A DNA stretch of 64,000 bases. Source: Antedon mediterranea (Eukaryota; Animalia; Echinodermata). Shown one piece after another: positions 1 to 26,848 of the stretch. The notes below the pieces were generated by a model, which saw only the letters and a program-made list of their open reading frames with translations, had not been told where the DNA came from and searched no databases. Where the stretch lies: NCBI RefSeq assembly GCF_964355755.1, contig NC_092676.1:24384871-24448870 (forward strand), read 5' to 3'. Position 1 is the stretch's first letter, and every line of letters begins with the position of its first letter. The position numbers and the translations under genes were made by a program.

Positions 1-145
1 ATGGAATAACATTTAAAGGAATGAAAACTGATTTAATTTATCACCAGGCCTATGGTAAAAGCAGGTCTGTTATGGATTAGTTTAATAAACAAAAATATAT
101 AGTAAACTTATTATTATTTACATATTTCTTTTCTTTTTTTTATAG

Positions 146-1501
<1,356 letters not shown>

Positions 1502-1889
1502 ATTACTAACTTGAAATTATAAATTAATTTGTTTGTGTAACTTTTTAAAATGTTGATTTTGAATTATGCCATGTATTCATGCCAATGATTGACTGCAATA
1601 AATTCGTATGAAAAATAAAATGTATTTATTTCTGTTTATGTTGAATGTGTAACCATTTTCCACTCTTCTCTGGTGTAACTGTGTCTATAGCTAAAGGTTT
1701 CAATCACGTTGCTGGCCATAAATTCCTCGGTGAATAATGGTAGAATGTAATAATATCAATGCTATCACACTTATATAACTATCGATGAAAATAAATTAAG
1801 ATATTATACAATAAGCATTCAGAAACTGAGTGAAACACACGGTAGTATGCAGAGGGCGACAGAGGGCGCACTAATATTTCAGCCTATAA

Positions 1890-3255
1890 TCTATATATAA
1901 ATTTACGTAAGGGCAAAATTCGGTAAATCGCGCCTTACTTCTAGAATTTTTACTCGATGGTATATAAAGTTGGTTCGTACTTTCGGTACTGATTTTAACC
2001 ACCTGATGTAACCCTGTTTACTAATTAAATTGAGTTAGATAATTAGTTATTGACGATTAAAAAGAATTTAGGTTCAACGATTTGCCCCAAATAGGGGTGT
2101 TTTCCGATCGTGGTATACACTGTCTAATGGATAATAGGGGTGTTTTCCGATCGTGGTATACACTGTCTAATGGATGTCCATCTTGAAAAATACCCGCCAC
2201 AAAAATGCGAGGAGGCTTCGCATTTTCCTATCTCCTCCTACGATAATTGTTTTTAATAGCTGAAAACCGGTTGAACAGCTAGAGTACACCATCATAATGT
2301 TGAAGACAGGCCGATTTTCTTTAAAAAAATACTATTTTGATAGATTTAATATACGATTATACAAATGTATTGATTTGCGATGAATGGAACATCCCAATCT
2401 CTCAGTCTGCCAGAGTTTGGTTTAACACAAGTAGGTAAATTTATGAGCCCTTGGTTTAACACATACGGTAGGTAAATATATGGGCCCTTTGAGAATAAAC
2501 TTGCAATACTTTGACAATACTGTAAATACCTATTAACTATTTTTGGTCCTCATTTGAATCGAACATTTATTACTGTGAATGTTCGTACTGTTAGATGTAA
2601 TATAAAAATATATACAAATAAACTTTATTACTGAGATTGTGGATAGGCTCTACTGTTAGATAGATAAATACATTATGATATACAAATAAACTTTATACTG
2701 ACAGTTCCTTCTCAACGTTTGTATTAATTAATAATTACCAATAATATAAATGTCGTAGTGGTGTATCGTGACATGTACTTTAATATTTCAATCGATTATG
2801 ACAGTGACAGTTTTAACAAAGTATTACATCGCAAATGTTTTACTGTATTTAGAGGTATATTATTTATAGGCCTATAAAACATGAACAAATATTTCATTAC
2901 TGAGTGGATAAAGAATATACTGTATTTAAAAATGTATCCTCTTTGTACCTATCCGCTTTCCCGTCCCTCAACCCTAATGTTACATACAAAACACAAATCA
3001 AATTTGGTTTCTTTAAATGAGTCCAATCATTTTGTGATAAGTTTCTCCTTCGGAAGTAATTCCCAGGGTGCTAATTTTAGTTGACTACATAAATCATCGT
3101 GTCTATTTATTCGTTTCTGTAAACGACAATGTATTGTAGTCCTGCGGTACGTACATTTGAAATCGCCAGTTTTGTTACGCTGAAATTACTGTATTCGAGA
3201 ACCATCTGTGGGCACGACCTAGATGGTACGCGAGCGAAGCGAGCGTACCATCTAG
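1890..3255 (+). mobile_element. Non-autonomous Helitron-like element
   Basis: 5' end A|TCTATATATAAA at 1889/1890. 3' end is the palindrome CTAGATGGTACGC-gagcgaagcga-GCGTACCATCTAG|T (3219-3255). Inserted in A|T with no TSD; internal tandem duplications. Confidence 0.6.
2090..2175. repeat. Perfect 43-bp tandem duplication
   Basis: AATAGGGGTGTTTTCCGATCGTGGTATACACTGTCTAATGGAT at 2090-2132 and 2133-2175. Confidence 0.95.
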
Positions 3256-3371
3256 TAACTAATAACTCGAGATGGTGTTAGTCACCAATATATCGATTTC
3301 AGTGAAATCCTGAAAATAAAATTCCTGGTCTGTTTATATTTAAAGACATTAAAAAAAAAAATCAATCCTCA

Positions 3372-3482
3372 AGCTCTGTCTACACTATCAAACTGTACGT
3401 GAAAAAAAGTGATGATGTCATATCACTACCATATTGGGCATATAACATCACACTTTTGTCAAACTAGTTTGATATTGTAGAG
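3372..3482. mobile_element. MITE family A (Harbinger/Tourist-like), degenerate copy
   Basis: Starts AGCTCTGTCTACACTATCAAAC; internal ATATCACTACCATATTGGGC; decayed right TIR AGTTTGATATTGTAGA. Confidence 0.75.
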
Positions 3483-3861
3483 CGCGCGTCAAGTTAGTGT
3501 TGCCATTTTCTCTTATACACGGCAACAGCTCTTAACAATAGTTAGATGGTGAGTCATTTACAAAACATCTGCTGAAGAAAGATGTTTACATTAATGCTTA
3601 TCATCATAATATAAGCAGTACAGTAATAACGATCGTTTTTTCGGTTTTTGATGACAGTTTTCACGCTAGGAAATGTATAGAGGGCGGAATAATTAACTTG
3701 TTCAACGTGTCTATCAATCGAATCCAAGAGATTGCATTGATCATCAAACATTAACTATACTGTAGTTCACTTTAAATAAAAAGCTATCATCCAAGGAAGA
3801 AATCAAATTATTAAGCAAATCGGTGTTTTTTCGCACTGATATATAATTCAGTATTATAGTA

Positions 3862-4351
3862 TCAGTATTTATTCGAATAGACGCCCCGTTTATAGTTTAG
3901 GAGTGTTTTCTTTTTTTCTCTTTTGTGAACCACCACCTTTATTCTTTCATATCATAATTAAATACATTACAAATAAATCAGTAATATATGTCTTCATATG
4001 TTCTTTCTTTAATTATATTGTTTTCCGTTAATATTCTACATTTTTCTTTATATTTTTCTGCTCAAAAAAAAAAAAAAAAAATATCAGTGATTTTTGTAAA
4101 TTTTTGTTTTTTCCTCCTGTTTTCATGGTTTTCTTATATTTATTCACATTGTACACAGAAACCCAAAAATACATTATATATATACATATACATACCGTAT
4201 TGTTTCATACCCTGTTAATTAGTTTAGGAGTGTTTTATTCGAGGGAGACGTTGATTTTTTTTAGCGTAATATGGTAGGCCTAACATTTATAATCAAATAA
4301 TAAACTCCCCCTAAATCATTCAAATCAGGGTTTTTATTCGAATAAATACGA
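3862..4351. mobile_element. Tc1/mariner/pogo-type MITE
   Basis: Terminal inverted repeats GTATTTATTCGAAT...ATTCGAATAAATAC flanked by TA; internal direct repeat TAGTTTAGGAGTGTTTT. Confidence 0.55.
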
Positions 4352-4890
4352 TAGTTTAATATTTCACCCACCGTACTCATATCATTACATAAATAATGAC
4401 GAAAGAAAATACTTATTATCTTAATAATTCTCTATGCTAAATCCATATAACAATTGATAGTCCGTTAATTATGATGATCACGGACTGCTATCGTGGTTTG
4501 TGCAGCTGCCATGTCCAGGTGATAGTAAGTATTCAATACAACGGAAATAATAAATGAAGGAATGAATTTCTTAATTTCCTTCATAAGCAAAAAATAAGCA
4601 TTTAAAATGAAAATGTGGTCTGTAATAGTATGTATATAAATATATAGAAAGTGGTTCTTTTTGCTACATGTTTATATGCAATGACATGGTTGTACTACAC
4701 ACTACAATTAAGTACCCACAAGATGATAGGCCTAGGCATAATTAAACAAACAAAAACCAACAAAAATACCACTTCTCAACACGTTTTCAAATTCAGAATA
4801 CAAACGTGAAATTAGATATGTATATTTTACTTATAAATGACTAATATTTCAGTGAACAAAAGATTTTATTCATTTCATCATGTAATATAA

Positions 4891-4950
4891 TGTATTGTAT
4901 TTGATATAAGGGTAACAATCTTTTTCTTTAAGCGTGAATGTATCTCAATC
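4891..4950 (+). pseudogene. Orphan fragment of an alpha-tubulin intron1/exon2 junction
   Basis: TGTATTGTATTTGATATAAGG...TTTTTCTTTAAG|CGTGAATGTATCTCAATC closely matches copy 2 around 6446-6512. Only 6 codons (RECISI) are present. Confidence 0.8.
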
Positions 4951-5625
4951 AAATTGAATATTTTACTTATACAGTAAATGACTTTGTATTTAATAATGTA
5001 AATTTTAATTTAAACTTTTTTCTATTATTACAATTATTACAGATGACCGATATTAACTAGTACAGAGGCAAATATTTATCTCCATACCACAATGGCCAAT
5101 ATTAACGGTCATTCTTCTTAAATTTAAATCAATAATTTTTGACAGACATAATATATCCAGTCGTTAGCAAGTTTTCCTTCTACCTTCTTTATATTTCAGT
5201 GAACAAAAGATGTTATTTTATTCCCTTTATGATCCAAACAAAAGGACAGACAAACAAACATCTTGAAAGCAATATGTCTAAACAGTGACTTAATCTTATG
5301 TATGTTTACATTACATTAATAACTGACCAATCAGGTTTTGATATCATTAAGCATTTCTTCTAAACAGAACATTTAAGATTGATCGAATGTCGAGCGTAAC
5401 TGAGCAACGGGAATTAATATGTAGAAACCGTTTGTTAATAATCTCCATACGCAATAACTTACCTTAATGACACCGGTTCACGTTGCTAAGGCGGGAAGAC
5501 AACATATATTTGAGGAGACTGAGTGGCCTTGCGTCAGTTCTTTCTTCGTCTGCCGTGCATTAATTTCGGTGCAAGAAGAAGCAAGTCGATTTGTCTGCGA
5601 TTGATTGTATTAGTAATTATCTAAA

Positions 5626-7850
<2,225 letters not shown>

Positions 7851-8059
7851 ACTGCTAGTAGTGTTAAAATATACAACATAAAACAAAATAATATAATATT
7901 AAATGTCACTATATCAACCTATTTAGGCCAAATGATGAATTAACTGAAATATCCATGTTGAATTAAAAAAACAAAAATAATAAAAATTGTTTTGTTATTA
8001 TAATTATTGAGTCTCCAAGCTTACAACCTGACTAATGACGATGATAAGATCACAGTTAA

Positions 8060-8155
8060 AACAAGGCCATATACATGAATGCAGTCGCGTGCTCAAATTT
8101 GAGTTGACCGACCAACCGACCGACATAGTGAGCTGTAGAGTCGCAACGCGACTAA
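8060..8155 (-). mobile_element. HINE/Helentron-like short element, copy A
   Basis: AACAAGGCC...AGTCGCGTG...(GACC)n...AGTCGCAACGCGACTAA; homologous to 18352-18475 and 43481-43682. Confidence 0.7.
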
Positions 8156-8975
8156 TAATGACAGTGGTAGTATAAGTATTATTAGTATAGGACTAATACA
8201 TACAGACCGCGTAAATGACGAGAGAAAGAAGTTAATGACACGACACGACTACTATAAAACTAAAATTTACTTTACACTTAAACATACCATTGAAACTCAA
8301 GAAAGTCAAAGTCCACTTACGAATTTAGCTATCGAATTTCATTAAAAAAAATTACATCCGTAAAATCAAGCAAAAGATCAAAACTTCAACTGAAATTTAG
8401 GCATATTTCTACCTTTTATAAAGGGTTTGAATCGTCAATAATCACTATTATTTATAGCGGTTATTATTATTAGTAGGCTACTACTGTAATTATCATACCT
8501 AAACCTTCTCCCCTCCACCGTGCTAAGTCCCAGACCCGTATGTAACAATGCCTACCCAGTATTCCAACTGTCATTGCATCGTATACGCCTATTACATTAA
8601 CGAGTAGGCCTACTTATACTGTACTAATAAATCATACAAAGCGGGCTTAAACATTTCAGTTTATCGAACCTTTTAAAACCACCTACGCTTGGTAACCGTT
8701 TAATTTCAATATCATGATATTCGATTTATTGAAACTTTGATAAACACCATGACGATGGTGATGTTTATTTAGCTAACAACGGAACCGATTGGTCGATGAA
8801 CACTCCGATAAAACACGATAATGTAATGCAACACCGTAACCTTTAAAAGGTCCTGCTGATACCGGATTCGACCATTCTTCATCATCCTACCCTCATTGCA
8901 AGCGGTCCGGTGAGAGAAAACCATCTAAACGTTTAAATAAAACATTCTGCAGCGGCGAAAAGAAACAGTGAAATC

Positions 8976-12648
<3,673 letters not shown>

Positions 12649-13360
12649 ACACGATCGAATAAGCATGAAAAAATGGCCCGTATATATATTAATAATAGAC
12701 AACATAATAGGCCTAGTTAATAGGAACATTCCTATTTCAAATTCTTTACTTGCAATAGTCTGATATATGGTTTGCTTTCACACTACTGTACTAATAAATA
12801 TTGTTGGTAAATAAAATACTGATAAATTAAGCCTCTGTTCACACTTGCCGTTACTATCAAGAAACTCATCATCAATGACAATAAACATGTTAAGGTTTAC
12901 GTGTTCGTACTATGACTTTTGTTCTTGTTTTTAACGAAATACTTATTGCCTAAATTCTTTTAAATAAATCCGCAGGCAAAGGTTTACCTTTTTACTTCTT
13001 GAAAACGCATAAACTCAATAAACCCATAATACGTCAAAGCATGTGAACGTATGTGTCTCTGCGTCACAATTTATAAATAAATTAATAATAACAAATACCT
13101 AAAATTGCTTATTATTACAGTATTCTAATCATAATTTCAATTATCATACGCAACTATGTTCCTGACAAGAAAATTTATTAGCCGCATAAGGCTTTTGATA
13201 ACTATACATAATTATTTCATATGGCTAAATCACGGATTATCATAATAATTCCAAAAATAGACTTAAACGGAAAGCGTGGCAGGTGGGATGGAACTACACT
13301 CAATTTAATATACTGTAAATGCCAAACCACATGCGGACTAATGTACAAAACATGAGTTAA

Positions 13361-13450
13361 AGCTCTGTCACACTATCAAAAAAGTGTGATGTGCCCAAAT
13401 ATGGTAGTGATACCCAAACATGGTAGTGAAATGACATCATGTCATGTCAT
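13361..13450. mobile_element. MITE family A, truncated copy
   Basis: TAA|AGCTCTGTCACACTATCAAA followed by GTGCCCAAATATGGTAGTGAT units. Confidence 0.7.
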
Positions 13451-14257
13451 ACTGTACAGTTATGGTTGAATTTGACTTTGTGACTATTTATTATTTTACT
13501 CCAATTAAAAATATGGCCAACGTGCCTTTTCCTATTAAACCCCTCTGATTTGGAACTCAATTACAATTTTCTGTTTGTAATTCACCAAATCTATTTCCTT
13601 TAAAGTCAACTTAAAAGCACACCCTTTTCAGAATTTTTATTGACATTGCTTTATTCTCACACAGCCCCTTTGATTTTTGAATTGGCGCTATATAAATTTC
13701 TACTGTTAACATTACTCAACTTGCAAATAAAGGGAAAATCAGTTGTCGTTTGGGTGAGAAGAAACAGCAGTTAACATTATTTGTCCATTTTTTTCTACGA
13801 CAAATTGCATACATTAATGCCTAAAATATATTAGGGTCTAACCTCTCACCATTTCTTTCAAAATCACATGCCTATGGTGTGCACATCACTCCAATGATGT
13901 AGGCTACTGGTACATGACTTAAAGGCAAGTCACTGGACTGGAAACAATTGTGATGGATATTTTATTGGAAGAAGGGATTTGCATACACAATTAAATACCG
14001 TAGCCTATACACTAAATTTAAATATACACCTGATAATTTAAAACTTATGGCAAGCTTGTGTAAAATAACCAATACGCATGCGTAAATAAAACATTGGCAA
14101 GATCCAAGCGCATGAGGGCGCTTAACACACAATATAAGTTATCAGAATTTTGAAAATTCAGTCATTCTTCATTAGTCCGCCATCGTCAACGTACTAATTG
14201 AAACGAGCTGTGCATTCCCGTTTTAAGTTCATACTCAATTAATCTATTCCTATAATC

Positions 14258-16548
<2,291 letters not shown>

Positions 16549-17086
16549 ATGTTACTTGCGACAATTTAGGCATATACAAAATGTATGAACACTAAAATAA
16601 TTTAAAAAGTTACGGTTAATCATGCCAAATTAATGACCAATTGAGAGTATTCTGAATCGTATGTAACATTGTGTTTATTGCAAATAAAAATATCATTTTC
16701 GTAATTCTTAATAATTTCTTTATTACAAAGTACATGACTACCAAATAACACACTTTTCGCAGGTGAAAAAGAATATAATCCTAATTGATTAAACTAGATG
16801 ATTTGGCAAAAAAAAATCTCTTTCTGCCCACCGGGTAAACTAATTTAGTCCCTACTCTGATTTTATAATTTACCGGAGGCCAAATTAATACTTAGTTTTT
16901 ACTATTAATGCGTTATTGTATAAACTGTATACAATAACAGTTCTTCATTAACTTGCTTGATAATAATTAACGACTGTTGTGATAATGAGGGCAATGATAG
17001 TCAATATATCATTACTTGCTCAGTTGGGACCCGTGGACGACTTATGCTGAGACTTTTCACTTAAAAAATAATAAGAAACTGCTAAT

Positions 17087-19912
17087 ATGGTAAGTTATGA
17101 CTCGTGTTTGTTTTTTGAAATAGTGTAATTTGACGTTCTTATCTTCTGAATCTAAACGGTCTTTAAAATAGGTAGTTTATATTAAATCTCCCATGACAAA
17201 AATAAAACGCGCAAAGCTGTCATTTATTCGGAAATCTCTATTAACGGATATCTCTATTGCTTGAAAAAATGACGCGCCAATCGACATTTTGATGGTATCG
17301 GGAATAGCATATTATAGTTTTTGCCTGAAATTGCCATCGTTGAATTCATAAGTTCGGAAGACACAATTTTAATTACTCGTTTCTTTTGAATTTGATGTAC
17401 GCTCAATTATTGATAAAGTAAAGTAAAGTTACGTTATTCGTATTTAATCTGACCACTCATTTGCAGCGTCGGTACTACGGTTCCACTTATAAACATACCA
17501 TTGGTCTAAAAACACGTACTTTCAAATCTAAATCTTACCTACACATAGCCGATAATAAGATACCATAATACTGTACATCCGAATAACATGATTTGGCACC
17601 CCAATGCCTGGCCCGTTATTCTGATAAGCATAGAATGTTAATCGTTTTTTAATTTATATTTAATAATTTAATATGTAATCTATATCAATATGCTATTACA
17701 CTCGAGAGCCAATTGACATAAGAGTGAAATAAAGTCTGTTCTAATAATATTCAATCTATTTTAGTATTGTATTAAGTACTGTACTGTATTTTATAACGTA
17801 CAATAGGAATAGAGTAAACATTGGAGTGCCCTCTAAAAAGTTAAGTAATGAAACTGTTCAGTACTAAAGCAGAGTGACTGAATGTATTGACTCTGAACAG
17901 AAAGGTGACATGCGAGCAATTACTGATTGGATCTTATTTAATTTTGTCAATAAATTATACAATGATATCTTTGCTATACTCTTAAAATACATTTGTGAAA
18001 AATTAGTATACATAAAAACATTTAAGTTCATAGTTTAGGCCTAAGTTGTCTATAAAATAAAATGGATAATATGTTAATATTTAGCGTGAATGTATCTCAA
18101 TCCATATTGGCCAAGCCGGTGTTCAGATGGGCAATGCCTGCTGGGAGTTGTACTGCTTGGAGCACGGTATCCAACCTGATGGGCAGATGCAAAATCTAGG
18201 GTTAAGTGACGCTCCCCTACGAGGAGGCGATGATTCTGTGAGTACCTTCTTCCTCGAGACTAACGCAGGACAGTGGGTTCCGCGAAGTATCTATGTCGAT
18301 TTAGAGCCTAGCGTTGTAGGTGAGTTGATTTTGTATTTTAAATCTTTAAAAAACAAGGCCAATAGCCACAAGTCGCGTGCTAAAACGCATAGTGATACCG
18401 GACCGACAGACAGACAGACCGACCGACCGACCGACCGACATAGTGAACTATAGAGTCGCGTCCACGCGACTAAAAATGCCTATTCATCACTGATGAATCA
18501 ATTTACAAATATTGAATCCCAATCACGTCCATTCAATGTGTCGACTGGTGTCCAGCTGGTTTTAAAGTCGATATAAACTACTGTACCAACCACCAACTAT
18601 GGTACCAGGAGCCGAGCTTTTTGTATGTTGAGCAACAAAACAGCCATCGCCAAGGCATGGGCTCGTCTTGATCACAATTTGATTGAATCCTAACATGGTG
18701 GTGTGTTTCATTGATCAGAGGCCCTGTAAGAACATGTATTTGTGAAAATACGTCACCCTAAATGTGTTTTCGTTTTCAGACGAAGTTCGAACTGGTCCAT
18801 ATCGAAAACTCTTCCATCCTGAGCAGTTGATTACAGGAAAAGAAGATGCTGCCAACAACTACGCCCGCGGTCACTACACTGTTGGAAAAACACTGATTGA
18901 CCAAACGGTCAACAGAATTCGCAAACTTGCCAACCAGTGTACTGGTCTTCAAGGATTCCTGATCTTCCACAGCTTCGGTGGTGGCACTGGATCCGGATTC
19001 ACCTCCCTTCTTATGGAACGTCTTTCTGTTGATTTTGGAAAGAAGTCAAAGCTTCAGTTTTCAATTTATCCAGCACCTCAGATTTCTACCGCTGTTGTTG
19101 AGCCATACAACGCCATTTTAACAACACACACGACTCTAGAGTTTTCTGACTGCGCTTTCATGGTTGACAACGAAGCAATCTATGGGATCTGTAACAGTAA
19201 TCTAGACATCGAAAGACCAACGTATACCAACCTGAACCGCCTGATTGGCCAAATTGTTTCATCTATCACCGCGTCTCTTCGATTCGATGGCGCATTGAAC
19301 GTAGACTTGACAGAGTTCCAGACCAACTTGGTACCATACCCACGTATCCACTTCCCTCTTGCTACTTACGCCCCAGTCATCTCAGCAGAGAAAGCGTTCC
19401 ACGAACAGCTAACTGTTGGAGAAATCACCAACTCCTGCTTTCTTCCACAAAATCAGATGGTGAAGTGTAATCCCCGTCACGGCAAATATATGGCTTGTTG
19501 TCTGCTGTATCGAGGTGACGTAGTACCGAAAGATGTCAACGCAGCTATTTCTGTCATCAAGACAAAGAGAACAATCCAGTTTGTCGACTGGTGTCCAACT
19601 GGTTTTAAAGTCGGAATCAACTACCAACCACCAACTGTGGTACCAGGAGGTGACTTGGCCAAGGTACAACGTGCCGTATGTATGTTGAGCAACACCACAG
19701 CCATCGCCGAAGCATGGGCTCGTCTTGATCACAAGTTCGATCTGATGTACGCCAAGCGTGCATTCGTACATTGGTACGTTGGTGAAGGTATGGAAGAAGG
19801 AGAGTTCATCGAGGCTCGAGAAAACTTGGCAGCATTGGAAAAGGATTACGAAGAGATGGATATTGATTCATATATAGACCAACAGTATGACTTAGAAGGA
19901 GAAGAATATTAA
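17087..19912 (+). CDS. Divergent alpha-tubulin copy 5, 456 aa; exons 17087-17089, 18085-18319, 18780-19912
   Basis: ATG|GTAAGT; exon 2 is 235 nt (12 nt longer than paralogs); reading frame intact; K40 loop replaced by [13 protein letters not shown]; tail [18 protein letters not shown]. Confidence 0.93.
18352..18475 (-). mobile_element. HINE/Helentron-like short element, copy B (intron 2 of copy 5)
   Basis: Sub-terminal repeat AGTCGCGT, GACA/GACC microsatellite, terminal palindrome AGTCGCGTCCACGCGACT. Confidence 0.72.
18531..18680 (+). pseudogene. Decayed alpha-tubulin fragment inside intron 2 of copy 5
   Basis: GTCGACTGGTGTCCAGCTGGTTTTAAAGTC...CCAACCACCAACTATGGTACCAGGAG...TGTATGTTGAGCAAC...GCATGGGCTCGTCTTGATCACAA matches the VDWCP...ARLDH coding region, with an insertion and an internal deletion. 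Confidence 0.9.
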
Positions 19913-20199
19913 AGATATTGTCTCCCTGATAACCATGTTTTTGTTGAATGTAATTTTAATGTCACATAATTATTCGCTTTAACCAAAATTGGATCAACAA
20001 AAAAAACCCCACAAATATTTACCCAAAAAAACTTTAAGTAAAAGAAAACGATAATCAAATTGACTGGAAGTCAACGGGTTTTTGGTTGAATTAAATTTTT
20101 TCTCCTGAAAAGTGTTCATGGTCTGATTAAGTCAAATTTCTAATTATCAGAAAGAACTTGAATTTAACAATAATAACTGTAATACCAGAACCATATAAC

Positions 20200-20291
20200 A
20201 CAAACTCGATGTGAAAAAAACAAAATGTGATGATGTTACTATATTTGGGCACATCACAGTTTTTGTCACTAGTGATATTGTAGATAGAGCT
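20200..20291. mobile_element. MITE family A, degenerate copy
   Basis: CAAAATGTGATG...ATATTTGGGCACATCAC...GTAGATAGAGCT|TTA. Confidence 0.65.
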
Positions 20292-20428
20292 TTAGGATGC
20301 TTTGTTTGTTTAAATGTTTTTAACGGTCTAGGTACGCACTTTGTGTTCCGTTTATTTTCATTTTCTATTCATGAAACGGTATGTCTGTATGTCTTTCAAT
20401 TTAATCAACGCAACATGTTTGTTTGTTA

Positions 20429-20607
20429 AGCTTGGTTCCCACTAGAACGTAACGCAAGGACGTAAACGCAACGCAAGCGTTTTAACCAATGACAAGCGAA
20501 GTTATAGACAGTTAGCAATCACAAGCGAATAAGCCATCGCTTGTGATTGGTCAATTCACTTGCGTTGCGTTACGCCCTTGCGTTGCGTCGCTAGTGGGAA
20601 CCACGCT
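20429..20607. mobile_element. MITE family B (near-palindromic, Harbinger-like)
   Basis: TIRs AGCTTGGTTCCCACTAG / CTAGTGGGAACCACGCT; internal inverted AACGCAAG and CAATCACAAGCGA motifs; related decayed copy at 51078-51227. Confidence 0.75.
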
Positions 20608-21937
20608 TATGGTATAATATATCGGTTTGATTTTTCGGTTGACATGGTTTATATTGTAAACCTTTAATTTAAATTATTTATATATGTTGTGTTTGTTTCT
20701 ATGGAGAAACAGTTCTGGTAGGTGAAACGCCTACACTTTTTTTAAACACGATTTTACTATAGTAACTGTATATCAATAGAAAAGAAATAACGGATTAAAT
20801 AACAAAACTAAAACAACCTTTTATTTGTGTGGATATTTATTCTATGGTTACACCATGGTATTCTGTGAAGGATATCTTTGAAAAGTTCTTCTGCATGAAA
20901 GCTTCCATTGTGGAAATTCGACAAGCCCTTTGCTATCACACGAAGAAGGCTGGTGGCTGTATACGTATTAAGTATTATGTAGGCCTAGGCCCACTTATTA
21001 ATGGGAGTTAAATTTAGGCCTATTGTAAAATTCAACATTCTGATTTAGCGTAACGTAACAACCTCACCCCACATTGTTTTACGATGCTTACCTTCATTAA
21101 TGCAGACTCCAACATGTTCGATTTAATAAAGATCTTGCAAAGGCCTACAAAAAATTTAAAAAAATAATATTATTCAATGTCAAATGTAAAAACAATTAAT
21201 ATTTTACGTATTAGGCCTAAATGCTACTGGTGATGATACTAAGTGGATTTAAACCAGGGAAGAGTGAAATAAACTTCCTGATTAAAACATATTAATAACT
21301 CGAATATCTTTACTGCACAATACTCAATAGACGTTGTTAATTAGAAATGTTTACCACTTCAAAATTAACTAAACAGTCAACATTTGCGATTAGGCCGAGT
21401 AGGCTTAAATGCTGATGATATTGGATTAACAAATATTAGTAAGTAAATTTACGGCACAATATTGAACAGACGTTATTACATAATTAAAAAGTCTTGCGAC
21501 TTCAAAACTAACTGGAACATATCGATTTATTGCTTTTAAGCTTGCTCTTGTATTTTGGTATATTTAGGTATTGAAATTGATCATTACCAAATAAATGAAT
21601 GGCATTATGATTAGTACTTCGGACAAAAATAAACTAGCATTACATGTTTCACAATATCAAAACCATGGAAACAGATAAACAATTTTTATAACTCCTAATA
21701 ACTTAGTCTGCATAAATACTGAATTCCATGGAAACCATGAGAAAAGAGCGAATCCTATTCGCTAACGTTGTCGTCTGTTTTGTGTGCTCGGCAGCAATAA
21801 AGGGCGCACTTTCCACGTCACACTATTCAGTCTTCATTCGTCTGTCATCATAGAAAGACCAGCGTGAAGAAGAGTTAAATCATATTTATATTTTTCATAG
21901 CCGATTTTATTGCCGAATTGTTTTGAAATCATCAGTC

Positions 21938-26194
<4,257 letters not shown>

Positions 26195-26848
26195 ACTAAA
26201 CTCAAGTTCAGCATCACACGTTATAGTTACTACACCAAAATGCACATTTTCTTTCATATTCGACAATACCGGTATTATTTATAATAATATAAACATCTTT
26301 GACATTTTGTATCGGTTTCATGTTCGTTATGGTTCTTCTATATTATTATAAAGCAACTCTAGTAATTCCACATCCCGTTATCCTATAAAATACAATACTG
26401 TACTGTATTACTTTCGATATTTCAATTCACTTACTTACGACAACCGGTAAAATATTTTACGATGTTTGTAGCAAACAATATTTATATTTTCGCGTATTAT
26501 TTATTAAGTGGTTGTATATTTGATGTACTGTACATGAATATTCATCAGTGAACTTTCACCTCTTTATACAAATATAATTAACGATTGCATTTATAGCTTA
26601 TAATTACCCAGACGTTCAAGGCACTTTCAGCCATATAGTGACTACCTCACCTATTTACACAAATACACAACAAACTGTTAACGTGGCCGTTTCTATAACA
26701 GATGAAATAAAATATCAGTATATATCTGCAACTTTGTTTGTGTTTTAATTGTTTATGCCATTGAGGTACGTATAATCTTTTTACCTCCATGCTTATGCTA
26801 AGTATAATGGCTAAAGTTGTTTAAAACGGACGAACCAATCCTTTTGAA

